Source: Patescibacteria group bacterium (lineage in GTDB: Bacteria > Patescibacteriota > Microgenomatia > JAMCZE01). From it: a stretch of 64,000 nucleotides of DNA. Below the pieces are notes generated by a model, which was not told the DNA's origin, did no database searches, and saw nothing but the letters and a program-made list of their open reading frames with translations. Made by a program: the position numbers and the translations under genes. This document shows positions 38,692 through 47,726 of this stretch, piece by piece (position 1 is the first letter of the stretch; each line of letters starts with the position of its first letter). The stretch is taken from the NCBI GenBank assembly GCA_023485845.1, contig JAMCZE010000004.1:1358-65357 (forward strand). Reading direction: 5' to 3'.

Positions 38692-38781
38692 CTTCATTTT
38701 TCACCCTCGAATTGACCCTAAATTTCCCTCTTGACAACCCGTGAAAAGAGAGTCAAACTAGATATGTTTAGTGATATACAG

Positions 38782-39174
38782 ATGTTTTTAGGGACATTTA
38801 CACCATCGCTAGCGACCACCGGCCAGATGGCGTTGCCAACTAAGCTTCGCTCTGCTTTGGGCAGTGATCGGGCAGTAATTACCACCGGTTTTGACAAATG
38901 TGTTTTTGGATTTTCTTTAGTGGAATGGCAGAAATTGGGGGAAATGGAGTTGGTGAAACCTCTTTCAACAAGCGAAGGCCGGGAAGTGCGCCGGAGAATG
39001 TATGCCGAAGCAGTGGAGGTTGACCTTGATGACCAGGGCCGATTCGTTATTCCTGAAGTTTTGCGCCGTTACGCTGGGATTAAAGAAAGAATTGCCGTGA
39101 TTGGGGCGGGGGACCATTTTGAAATTTGGGACAAAGATGAATGGACAAATTTATCACATTCCGGTGCTTCTTAA
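38782..39174 (+). CDS. mraZ: Transcriptional regulator MraZ
   Basis: MFLGTFTPS...DRAVITTGFDKCVFGF...GRFVIPEVLR shows the duplicated MraZ pattern. The track ORF starts at TTG 38731; alternative ATGs lie at 38764 and 38782. Confidence 0.8.
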   Translation: MFLGTFTPSLATTGQMALPTKLRSALGSDRAVITTGFDKCVFGFSLVEWQKLGEMELVKPLSTSEGREVRRRMYAEAVEVDLDDQGRFVIPEVLRRYAGIKERIAVIGAGDHFEIWDKDEWTNLSHSGAS

Positions 39175-39946
39175 CGAAGCTCTGGAACAGTTGCACATTA
39201 AACCAGGGAAAAAATACATTGATTGCACGTATGGCGGCGGGGGACACACCCGGGCGATTGAGGCAGTCGGTGGAATTGTTTTAGGGATTGACCGGGACCC
39301 GGAGTCACCGGCGCGCGTGCACGCAAACTTTGCACATTTAAAAGAAATTGCCAATCGGGCCGGGTTTAACCCTGTGGCCGGAATTTTAATGGACCTGGGG
39401 GTGTCCAGTCATCAACTAGAGACGGCTGAGCGGGGGTTCAGTTTCAATCGGGACGCCAAACTGGATATGCGGATGGATCCGGCAACCCAAACGGTCACCG
39501 CGGCCGATTTGGTTAATGCCGGTTCACAAAAGGAGCTAGCAGTGCTTTTTACAAAATTTGGGGAAGAGCGGGCCAGCCGGCCGATTGCTAAAGCAATTGT
39601 TGAGGCGCGATCCACCGGGCCGATTGTCATGACGGATCAGTTAGCACAGATCATTTTGCGGGTTCGTCGCCGGGGGCAGGCCGACCGGACCCATCCGGCC
39701 ACCCGGGTTTTCCAGGCCCTACGCATTGCCGTCAACGATGAACTGTCCGCCCTGGAGGCCGCCCTGCCGCAGGCAGTGGAACTTTTAGAGACTGGCGGGC
39801 GACTGGTGGTTATTAGTTTTCACTCATTAGAGGATCGAATTATTAAAAACTTTATGAAAAACAAAACGTTAATCACACCGACAAAAGAGGAAGTTAAAGC
39901 TAATCCGCGCGCCCGCAGCGCGAAAATGCGGTTTTTTGAAAAATGA
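39137..39946 (+). CDS. rsmH: 16S rRNA (cytosine1402-N4)-methyltransferase RsmH (MraW)
   Basis: YHIPVLLNEALEQLHIKPGKKYIDCTYGGGGH... Confidence 0.9.
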   Translation: MNGQIYHIPVLLNEALEQLHIKPGKKYIDCTYGGGGHTRAIEAVGGIVLGIDRDPESPARVHANFAHLKEIANRAGFNPVAGILMDLGVSSHQLETAERGFSFNRDAKLDMRMDPATQTVTAADLVNAGSQKELAVLFTKFGEERASRPIAKAIVEARSTGPIVMTDQLAQIILRVRRRGQADRTHPATRVFQALRIAVNDELSALEAALPQAVELLETGGRLVVISFHSLEDRIIKNFMKNKTLITPTKEEVKANPRARSAKMRFFEK

Positions 39947-40263
39947 AAAAATTAATTGCCGAGGAAAATATGGTTCACGACCGCAATTCAAACCGCTTTC
40001 TGGTGGTGTTAGTGGTGCTGGTTTTCTTGTTGTCGGCTGGTCGGGTTTTTTTGGCTAACTGGCTGGTAGAGTCCTCCGACACTTTGCGTCGGCTGGACAG
40101 TGAAATTGCCCAACAAACGACCCAAAATCAAAATTTAGCTGCCCAGATTCGCCAGAGTGAATCCTTGAGTCTTCTGGAAAACCAAGCTCAGGCCGCCGGT
40201 TTTGTTCAGACGTCTAAAATTTCCTTTATCCTTCCGGAGCCAAATGTTGCCTTCCGGTTATGA
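39943..40263 (+). CDS. ftsL: Cell division protein FtsL-like (single TM + coiled coil)
   Basis: 106 aa, one TM helix, coiled-coil region, located between rsmH and ftsI; ATGA overlaps on both sides. Confidence 0.6.
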   Translation: MKKLIAEENMVHDRNSNRFLVVLVVLVFLLSAGRVFLANWLVESSDTLRRLDSEIAQQTTQNQNLAAQIRQSESLSLLENQAQAAGFVQTSKISFILPEPNVAFRL

Positions 40264-42041
40264 GATTTGAACACAAAGTTAGGATCGTCACGTCTTTAAT
40301 TTTTCTCGGCCTGGCGCTGGTTTTTCTGCGGTTGGCTCTTATCCAAACGGTTCAGTCAGGCCCTTTGTCATCCGAAGGGGACGCGGAGCATTTTAATATC
40401 CTTTCCATCCCTGCTCGGCGGGGAGAGATTCGGGCTGCTGACGACACGGCGTTGGCCGCCGACAAAAACGCTTTTCTTCTTTATGCCCAGCTGCCGAAAC
40501 TGCCAACGAACCGGAAAAGTGTGGCCGACAAACTAACCGATCTTTTGGCCCCGCAAATTCCCATTGTCGCCACCGACAGCTCACCACTGACTCCGGAGGC
40601 TCAAACACAGATGGAGAAAACGGTCCACGATAACTTGGATCACGATTTATTGGCCCGGCTGGACACTCAAAATGCTGTTTGGGTAAATTTGGCCCATTTT
40701 GTCAGCCAGAACATCCATGATCAAATTAATTCTTTAAATATTGCCGGGTTGGGTTTTGAGGATGAGCAGGCCCGGGACTATCCGGAAGCCTCAATGGCCG
40801 CCCAAGTGCTGGGCTTTGTTGGCTCGGATCAAAATGGCAACCCTCAGGGCTATTTTGGCTTGGAAGGCTTCTACCAGCGGGAATTAGCCGGCCGTCCGGG
40901 CCAACTGCGCCAAGAGAAAGACGCTTTCGGCAATCCCATTGCCATTGGCAGCGAAACCAGGATTGAGAAACGTGATGGCAGCGATTTAATAACCACCATT
41001 GATCGCTCCGTCCAGCTCTTTGTGGAAGCGGAACTCTCTAAAGGCATCAGCGACTGGCAAGCCTCCGGGGGAACGGCGATTGTTATGGACCCAAACACCG
41101 GTGCCATTGTTGCCATGGCCAATTTCCCTGCCTATGACCCGGCGAACTTTTCCTATTACCCTGGCACTCTTTATAAAAATCCGGCGGTGGCCAATCTTTT
41201 TGAGCCGGGATCGATTTTCAAGCCGATTATTATGTCCGCCGCCCTGAATGAGAATGTCCTAACTCCAGACACCCACTGTGATCAGTGTTCTGGCCCGCGT
41301 CAAATTTATAATTACTATATCCACACGTTTGATAATCAGTATCATCCCAACGAAACGATGACGGAGGTGCTGGTTAACTCCGATAACACCGGAATGGTGT
41401 TTGTGGGGGAAAAACTGGGCTTTGACAAGCTCTATTCTTATTTACAAAAATTTGGTTTTGGCCAAAAAACCGGCGTGGATTTGCAGGAGGAAGAAGGAGG
41501 AGCACTGCGGGCCAAGGGTGATTTCTATCCGATTGATAAAGCCACTGTCACTTTCGGCCAGGGAATTAATGTCAACGCCCTGCAAATGGTTCGAGCTTTT
41601 GGAGCCTTAGCCAACGGCGGCCGGCTGCCCATCCCTTATCTGGTGTCACGAATTATCGATAACGACAAGGTCGTTAATGTTCCCCACCCACTTGGCCCGC
41701 AGATAATTTCTCCAACGGTCAGTAAAACAATCTCGGAAATGCTGATTCAGGTAGCTGATAATAGTCCGGAACATTTTCCCAAAGATCGCCTTCCCGAATT
41801 GGCAAATTTTCAGATTGCTGGCAAAAGCGGCACTGCCCAGATTGCTGTTGGTGGGTCCTACCAATCAGCTGCTGGCACGATTGCCTCTATGATCGGTTAT
41901 TTTCCGGCCCTAAGTCCAAGATTTGTGATTCTGGTAAAATTGAATGAACCGGTTGTCCGGCCCTGGGGCAGCGACACCGCCGGCCCGGTTTTCTTTGCCA
42001 TCGTCAAAGATCTAATTAACTATTATGGGATCACGCCATAA
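40260..42041 (+). CDS. ftsI: Penicillin-binding protein transpeptidase (FtsI/PBP2-like)
   Basis: SIFK (SxxK), SDN and KSGT active-site motifs; N-terminal TM anchor. Confidence 0.85.
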   Translation: MRFEHKVRIVTSLIFLGLALVFLRLALIQTVQSGPLSSEGDAEHFNILSIPARRGEIRAADDTALAADKNAFLLYAQLPKLPTNRKSVADKLTDLLAPQIPIVATDSSPLTPEAQTQMEKTVHDNLDHDLLARLDTQNAVWVNLAHFVSQNIHDQINSLNIAGLGFEDEQARDYPEASMAAQVLGFVGSDQNGNPQGYFGLEGFYQRELAGRPGQLRQEKDAFGNPIAIGSETRIEKRDGSDLITTIDRSVQLFVEAELSKGISDWQASGGTAIVMDPNTGAIVAMANFPAYDPANFSYYPGTLYKNPAVANLFEPGSIFKPIIMSAALNENVLTPDTHCDQCSGPRQIYNYYIHTFDNQYHPNETMTEVLVNSDNTGMVFVGEKLGFDKLYSYLQKFGFGQKTGVDLQEEEGGALRAKGDFYPIDKATVTFGQGINVNALQMVRAFGALANGGRLPIPYLVSRIIDNDKVVNVPHPLGPQIISPTVSKTISEMLIQVADNSPEHFPKDRLPELANFQIAGKSGTAQIAVGGSYQSAAGTIASMIGYFPALSPRFVILVKLNEPVVRPWGSDTAGPVFFAIVKDLINYYGITP

Positions 42042-42058
42042 TCTGCTAAAATTACGCT

Positions 42059-43132
42059 ATGCTGCAAAAATTAAAGAATATTTTCCATCTTTTTGAGGCA
42101 GTGGCGGCGACAGTGTATTATCGGTCGCCCGCCAAAAAACTGACAGTCGTTGGCGTCACCGGCACTGATGGCAAAACCACCACCACAACCCTAATTCATC
42201 ACATTTTAACCGCTGCCGGCTTCAAAACGGCAATCTTATCCACGTTGTCTTCAACCCACACCACCACTCCCGGCCGTTTTGCCGTTCAGCGTTTTTTGCG
42301 CCGCAGTCTTGAAAACGGCTGCACCCACGCCGTTTTGGAAGTGACCTCAATTGCCATTGACCAACATCGGGTTTGGGGTGTGGATTTTGCCGTCGGGGTG
42401 CTAACCAACATCGCCGATCACGAACACCTAGATTATCACAGGACCTTTGAAAAATATAGAAAAACAAAGCTGAAGTGGCTAGCCAGCTGCCGGCAAAAAG
42501 TTTTTGGGTCGGACTTAGAGAAGAAGAATTTCACAAAAATACTGGCAGCCAGCAAGCTGCCAGGTGAATTTAACCAGCGAAACGTTATGGCCGCGGCGGC
42601 CGCAGCTCGACTGTTGGGGCTGGAGGACAAAACCATTACTGAGGCAGTCAAATCTTTCACCTTACCTGCCGGCCGGTTGGAAGTGGCCGTGGGAAAACCG
42701 TTTAAGGTGATTGTCGATTTTGCCCACACACCACAGGCTTTTGAAAAGCTTCTCCCGGTGGTTAAGAAAATGGGCAAACATTTAATTCATGTTTTTGGAG
42801 CCACTGGCAACCGGGATAAATCAAAACGGCCGATTATGGCCCAAATCGCGACTAAATATGATGACTACATTTTTCTAACCTGTGAGGACACCTACCGCGA
42901 GAACCCGACGCAGATTTTGGCCCAGCTTCAGTCTGGTTTAGGTGAATTCATAAACTATCAAGTGGTTCCCGACCGACGGGAGGCGATTAGAAGAGCCTTG
43001 TCCATGGCTAGACAGGGAGATGTGGTTCTGCTCACCGGCGTTGGCCATCAAAACTCCATCAACCTCTCCGGCCGCGAAGTGCCGTGGAACGAAGTGAAAA
43101 TAGTTAAAGAGTTAATGGCTAATGCTTCTTGA
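42059..43132 (+). CDS. murE: Mur ligase family protein, MurE/MurF-like; only 357 aa, N-terminal domain absent
   Basis: GVTGTDGKTTTT P-loop, DFAHTPQAF motif; positioned after ftsI as murE usually is. Substrate specificity cannot be read from sequence. Confidence 0.65.
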   Translation: MLQKLKNIFHLFEAVAATVYYRSPAKKLTVVGVTGTDGKTTTTTLIHHILTAAGFKTAILSTLSSTHTTTPGRFAVQRFLRRSLENGCTHAVLEVTSIAIDQHRVWGVDFAVGVLTNIADHEHLDYHRTFEKYRKTKLKWLASCRQKVFGSDLEKKNFTKILAASKLPGEFNQRNVMAAAAAARLLGLEDKTITEAVKSFTLPAGRLEVAVGKPFKVIVDFAHTPQAFEKLLPVVKKMGKHLIHVFGATGNRDKSKRPIMAQIATKYDDYIFLTCEDTYRENPTQILAQLQSGLGEFINYQVVPDRREAIRRALSMARQGDVVLLTGVGHQNSINLSGREVPWNEVKIVKELMANAS

Positions 43133-43456
43133 TACGCGGTCTATGTATTGAGACAACGCTTGAAGACTTTCATCGGAGGTCAGTTTCCATCTTTCTCCTT
43201 CTTCGATTGCGTTTCTGACACAGTGCTCTCTATATATTTTTTCTAGCTCTTCCTCATTAAGTCCATGGCTAACCAGTTGTGAGAAAACAATAATTTGGGC
43301 AATAGGGATTATCTCTTGAATGCCATTGCCCTTAAGTATTGCAACAAAATCTGGATGCATAGTTATCCTCCGAAGCTTTGCCAAGTCCACATAGGTTTTG
43401 TCTTTAAAACCTTCTTGGGCCCACTTTCGGGCAACTTCAATCGAGAAAGTGTTCAT
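43112..43456 (-). CDS. Hypothetical protein on the opposite strand inside the dcw cluster
   Basis: 114 aa, ATG at 43456, overlaps the Mur ligase stop by 21 nt, ends ...RVSRSISH. Confidence 0.4.
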   Translation of the reverse strand: MNTFSIEVARKWAQEGFKDKTYVDLAKLRRITMHPDFVAILKGNGIQEIIPIAQIIVFSQLVSHGLNEEELEKIYREHCVRNAIEEGERWKLTSDESLQALSQYIDRVSRSISH

Positions 43457-43493
43457 GATGGCCGCATTCTAGCATAAATGATAAAATAGGGGT

Positions 43494-44705
43494 ATGAAGA
43501 CGGCCATTTTAGGCTGGGGGGTGGACACACAGGACGTGGAGCCGTATTTGCGAAAGCGGGGAGACGAGGTTACGGTCTTGGATGAGAAAAACGGTGATAA
43601 ATTTGCTAATCTTCAAAGATTTGATTTGATTATAAGAAGTCCGGGAGTCTACCGTTTCCGGCCGGAGATTCTCCAAGCACAAAAAGCCGGGGTGGAAATT
43701 TCTTCCAAAACAAAACTCTTTTTTGATCTTTGTCCTTGTCCGATTATCGGCATCACCGGGACCAAGGGCAAAGGCACCACCGCTACTTTAATTTATGAAA
43801 TTCTCAAAGCGGCTGGTAAAAAAGTTTATTTAGGCGGCAACATTGGCACGGGAGTGTTCAATCTATTAGAAAATTTAACCAAGGACAGTTGGGTAATTTT
43901 AGAGCTATCCAGTTTTCAATTAATCGACCTAACAAAATCGCCGCATATCGCTGTGGTGTTGATAGTCACCAGTGAGCACCTTAACTGGCACAAAAACACC
44001 AAAGAATATATTGATGCCAAGAGAAACATAGTTTCTCACCAAAAACCGGATGATTTTGCCGTGGTAAACCGGGATTATCCCAACTCGGTGGTCATCGGCA
44101 AAGCCGCCACCGGCCAGGTCACTTGGGTCAGTGGAAAAGACATCAATCTGTCCACCCGTCTTCGCGGGCAGCATAATAAAGAAAATATTGCTGCCGCCGT
44201 GGCAGTGGCCAAAATCGTTGGCGTTGCCTATGAAGAAGTGGTCAAAGACTTTAGGGGTTTGGAGCACCGGCTGGAAGAGGTGGCCACGATTAACGGGGTT
44301 GCATTCTTTAATGATTCTTTTTCCACTGTTCCGGAAACCACGATTGCTGCCATCAAGTCGTTTGTCGAGCCGGAAATTTTGATCGTTGGCGGCAGCAGCA
44401 AAAATTCCGATTTCACCCAGTTAGGGACAGTCATCTCCCGAACACCCAACATTAAAGCGGTGATGCCAATTGGTGTTGAGGGTGAGCGGATTAAAAAACT
44501 TCTTTCTGGAGTAAAAATTTTGCCAGCAGGGAAAACAATGGCGGAAATAGTGAAAATAGCGTATAATAACGCTGTGTCTGGTGATGTTGTTTTGCTTTCT
44601 CCTGCCTGCGCCAGTTTTGATATGTTTAAAAACTACAAGCATAGGGGAAAACAGTTCAAACACGAAATTCAAAATTTAAAGGTCAAAAGTCAAAAATCCA
44701 AGTAA
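43494..44705 (+). CDS. murD: UDP-N-acetylmuramoylalanine--D-glutamate ligase MurD
   Basis: GITGTKGKGTT, GGNIG motifs; 403 aa. Confidence 0.85.
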   Translation: MKTAILGWGVDTQDVEPYLRKRGDEVTVLDEKNGDKFANLQRFDLIIRSPGVYRFRPEILQAQKAGVEISSKTKLFFDLCPCPIIGITGTKGKGTTATLIYEILKAAGKKVYLGGNIGTGVFNLLENLTKDSWVILELSSFQLIDLTKSPHIAVVLIVTSEHLNWHKNTKEYIDAKRNIVSHQKPDDFAVVNRDYPNSVVIGKAATGQVTWVSGKDINLSTRLRGQHNKENIAAAVAVAKIVGVAYEEVVKDFRGLEHRLEEVATINGVAFFNDSFSTVPETTIAAIKSFVEPEILIVGGSSKNSDFTQLGTVISRTPNIKAVMPIGVEGERIKKLLSGVKILPAGKTMAEIVKIAYNNAVSGDVVLLSPACASFDMFKNYKHRGKQFKHEIQNLKVKSQKSK

Positions 44706-44745
44706 AAAGTCAAAATTTTGCCTTTTGATTTTTGCATTTTAATTT

Positions 44746-46011
44746 ATGACTAAAGTTCACTTCATGGGGATTGGCGGATCGGGGATTTCTGCCGCCGCGC
44801 GCATTGCCCAGGCCCACGGATTTGCCATTTCCGGCTGTGATTTGGAAGAGAGCCGAATCACCAGGGTTCTTCAAAAAGAAGGCGTCAATGTTAAAATCGG
44901 TCACGACGCGGCTCATTTAAAAGGAATTGATCTGCTAATTCACACTCCGGCGGTTTTTTATCAAAGCGTCACCCATCCGGAATACACGCTGGCGGCCGAG
45001 AAAAACATCGCGTTAACCTGGGAAGAGTTTATGGCTAAATATTTACAAAAGAATAAATTCTTAGTGGCGTTGGCGGGAACCCACGGCAAAGGAACAACCG
45101 CGGCCATGTTAAGTGTCGTTTTGGAACAGGCAGGCCTGGACCCAACCTGTGAAATTGGCGCTAATTTGTTGAACTGGAATAAGGAAAACTACCGGTTGGG
45201 AAAATCAAAATATTTTGTCTGCGAGGCGGATGAATTTCGGGATAAATTCCTTTTGTATAAACCGGAGATTGCCGTGATCACCTCATTGGAAATGGATCAC
45301 CCGGAATATTTTGCCGATTTTGCCGCTGTTCTGGCTTCATTTCGCCGGTTTGCGGGGCTGGCCAAAGTGGTAATTGCCCACGAGAGCTTGCGAAAATATA
45401 AGCTGGCGAAAAAAGTAATTTACTACAAACCGGTGCCAAAAAGTGTGAAGCTGAAACTGCCCGGGGAACACGAACGGGCCGATGCCGGGGGAGCTTGGGC
45501 GGCCGCCAGAGTGTTGGGAGTTAAAGACAAAGTGATTAAGCAGGCCCTGGAAAGCTTTTCCGGCTGCGAACGGCGCTTTGAATTTCGGGGAGAGGTGGAA
45601 GGAGTCAAAATTTATGATGACTATGCCCATCATCCCACCGCGGTGGCGGCCAACATTAAAGCGGCCAAAGAACTTTATCCCCGAAAAAAAATCTGGGTGG
45701 TTTTTCAGCCGCATATGTATGCGCGCCTGCAGGCTCTTTTTGATGATTTTGCCAAAAGCCTGCGGCTGGCTGACCGGGTGGTGGTCAGTGATGTGTTCAC
45801 CCGGCGGGAAAGCGGGGTGACCAAACCTTCCGGCAAGGATCTGGCTAACGCCGTTGGGTCTCCCAAAGCCACCTATGTTGGCGGCGACCTACTCAATGTG
45901 GCCAACTTCGTCTCCCGCAACAGCGCCAAAGGTGACATTGTCCTGGTCCTTGGCGCCGGCGATGTCTATAAAGTGAGTGATTTATTGATGCAGAAAGGGG
46001 GTGAGGTGTAA
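44746..46011 (+). CDS. murC: UDP-N-acetylmuramate--L-alanine ligase MurC
   Basis: VHFMGIGGSGISAAA N-terminus, GTHGKGTT P-loop. Confidence 0.9.
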   Translation: MTKVHFMGIGGSGISAAARIAQAHGFAISGCDLEESRITRVLQKEGVNVKIGHDAAHLKGIDLLIHTPAVFYQSVTHPEYTLAAEKNIALTWEEFMAKYLQKNKFLVALAGTHGKGTTAAMLSVVLEQAGLDPTCEIGANLLNWNKENYRLGKSKYFVCEADEFRDKFLLYKPEIAVITSLEMDHPEYFADFAAVLASFRRFAGLAKVVIAHESLRKYKLAKKVIYYKPVPKSVKLKLPGEHERADAGGAWAAARVLGVKDKVIKQALESFSGCERRFEFRGEVEGVKIYDDYAHHPTAVAANIKAAKELYPRKKIWVVFQPHMYARLQALFDDFAKSLRLADRVVVSDVFTRRESGVTKPSGKDLANAVGSPKATYVGGDLLNVANFVSRNSAKGDIVLVLGAGDVYKVSDLLMQKGGEV

Positions 46012-46249
46012 TGAGTTATGTTGATACAATTAATTGGCCAAAAATACCAGTAGAAATAAGAGAGAAATTCAGCGGCTCAATTCCCGGTGGGGCAGACGAA
46101 ACCTGCAGAATACATTGTACCCACTACTCTCCCGCTAGCTGGCGAGAGGCTTGGTGCTCAGCTGCTGGCCGACCGGGCGATGCCTTTTGTCTGATTCCAA
46201 GAAAATGTAAACAGATCCCCGAGGGAGCCTTGAAGCAATAAGTCATTAA

Positions 46250-46279
46250 TTGTTTAAGCGGGACTTGGTGTGGTAAGAT
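46250..46279 (+). promoter_or_regulatory. Promoter for hicBA: TTGTTT-18-TGgTAAGAT (extended -10)
   Basis: TG-extended -10 TAAGAT 7 nt upstream of ATG 46286; plausible -35 TTGTTT. Confidence 0.4.
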
Positions 46280-46285
46280 ATTGCT

Positions 46286-46555
46286 ATGGCAAAAAAGAGA
46301 ATCTGTCAGGAGGTTTTGAAATATACGGCGGTTTTTGAACCGGCGAAAGAGGGTGGTTTTGTGGCCTCCGTTCCGGCGCTCCCCGGTTGTGCCACCCAAG
46401 GAGAAACCTTTGAAGACGCCGTTAAGATGGTTCAGGACGCCATCATGGGATACTTGGAAGTTCTGAATGAGGACAAACAAGAAATCCCAACCGAGAGAGG
46501 CGAAGCGGTGGTGACAAAAATTGAAGTCCCCTTCCCATATAGATTTGCAGTTTAA
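46286..46555 (+). CDS. hicB: HicB-family antitoxin (UPF0150)
   Basis: YTAVFEPAKEGGFVASVPALPGCATQGETFEDAVKMVQDAIMGYLE matches the HicB fold signature. Confidence 0.75.
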   Translation: MAKKRICQEVLKYTAVFEPAKEGGFVASVPALPGCATQGETFEDAVKMVQDAIMGYLEVLNEDKQEIPTERGEAVVTKIEVPFPYRFAV

Positions 46556-46770
46556 TGGCGTCTTTTAAACCAAAAGAAGTGGTGCGAATTCTGGAGAAAC
46601 TTGGTTTTGTTGCCAAGCGCCAAACCGGCAGTCATCTTATTATGTCTCACCCCAGCAAACATAAAATTATTCCCGTTCCCGTTCATAGCAAAGACATTAA
46701 ATCCGGTTTGATGAAGGGGATTATCAAGCAGGCGGATTCCACAGAGCAAGAATTCTTGAAGCTTAAATAA
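46555..46770 (+). CDS. hicA: HicA-family toxin (YcfA-like mRNA interferase)
   Basis: KPKEVVRILEKLGFVAKRQTGSHLIMSHP...IPVPVHSKDIKSGLMKGIIKQA; start overlaps the hicB stop (TAATG). Confidence 0.75.
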   Translation: MASFKPKEVVRILEKLGFVAKRQTGSHLIMSHPSKHKIIPVPVHSKDIKSGLMKGIIKQADSTEQEFLKLK

Positions 46771-47710
46771 TCTTCACTTCCGGCTCGAGGGGGATGGCGT
46801 AGTGAGATTGGATGTCGGCGGACATTTTTTGGGTGAACTCCAAAATTTCCTGACCGGTGGCGCCGCCAAGATTAATGACAATTAGGGCATGTTTGTCATG
46901 GGTGGCAACCCGGCCGATTCTTTTGCCTTTCCACCCCAGCTCGTCTAATAGCCGCCCGGCGGGGACTTTAACCAAGCCATCTTTTGTCGGAAACGTTTGC
47001 AGTTCGGCAATTTTTTTTTGCAGTTCGGCAGCTTTTTGCGCCGTGACGGTGGGATTTTTAAAGAAACTGCCGGCGGTGGCCACCTCTTTCCAGTCCGGAA
47101 GTTTATCCTGGCGAATCTTAATAATCGCTTCAGCCACGATTTTTGGCGTTAGTCTGCCCTCCGGCAGATAGTTTTTTAATGATTCATAACGGGATTGATA
47201 GTCGGTGGAGAAATGCGCCGTCTTAAATAATTTGAAGGTGACACAGGTGATTATCTGTTTATTTTTTTTAAACACACTTTCCCGGTAGGCAAACTGGCAT
47301 TGCTGATTGGAAAATGTTTTCCCTGGGGTTTTAACTTCGGTGATGACATCGGCCACTGATTGTCCGTAGGCGCCGATGTTGCCCACGGCGGCGGCCCCGA
47401 CCGTCCCGGGGATATAGGCAAGGTCCTCAATTCCCGACCAGCCGTTTTCAACGCTCCACATCACAAACTCGTGCCAATTTTCGCCCGAGCCCAGCTCCAG
47501 TATGACCGAATCCGAATCTTGCGCAATGATATCTCGTCCTTTAATTTCGTTTTTGACTACCAAACCGTGGATGTCGCGGGTTAACAAAACGTTAGCCCCT
47601 TCGCCCAGAACCAACTGCGGAGGTTCGCTGATGTCCTTTTCAAGATGGGCCACCAGAAATCTGTCGGCGTTGACAGAGACCTTAAAGGTGTTATAAGGAG
47701 CAAGATCCAC
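46763..47710 (-). CDS. murB: UDP-N-acetylenolpyruvoylglucosamine reductase MurB
   Basis: FAD-binding and MurB C-terminal motifs (AYIPGTVGAAAVGNIGAYG); GTG start. Confidence 0.85.
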   Translation of the reverse strand: MDLAPYNTFKVSVNADRFLVAHLEKDISEPPQLVLGEGANVLLTRDIHGLVVKNEIKGRDIIAQDSDSVILELGSGENWHEFVMWSVENGWSGIEDLAYIPGTVGAAAVGNIGAYGQSVADVITEVKTPGKTFSNQQCQFAYRESVFKKNKQIITCVTFKLFKTAHFSTDYQSRYESLKNYLPEGRLTPKIVAEAIIKIRQDKLPDWKEVATAGSFFKNPTVTAQKAAELQKKIAELQTFPTKDGLVKVPAGRLLDELGWKGKRIGRVATHDKHALIVINLGGATGQEILEFTQKMSADIQSHYAIPLEPEVKII

Positions 47711-47726
47711 GAAAGTATTATATACT

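Noticed and set aside
43112-43456. Calling the dcw-embedded antisense ORF a HEPN toxin
   Set aside because: The only support is a C-terminal Rx6H spacing. There is no adjacent nucleotidyltransferase (MNT) partner and no other HEPN features are visible, so it is left as hypothetical and mentioned only as a weak possibility.
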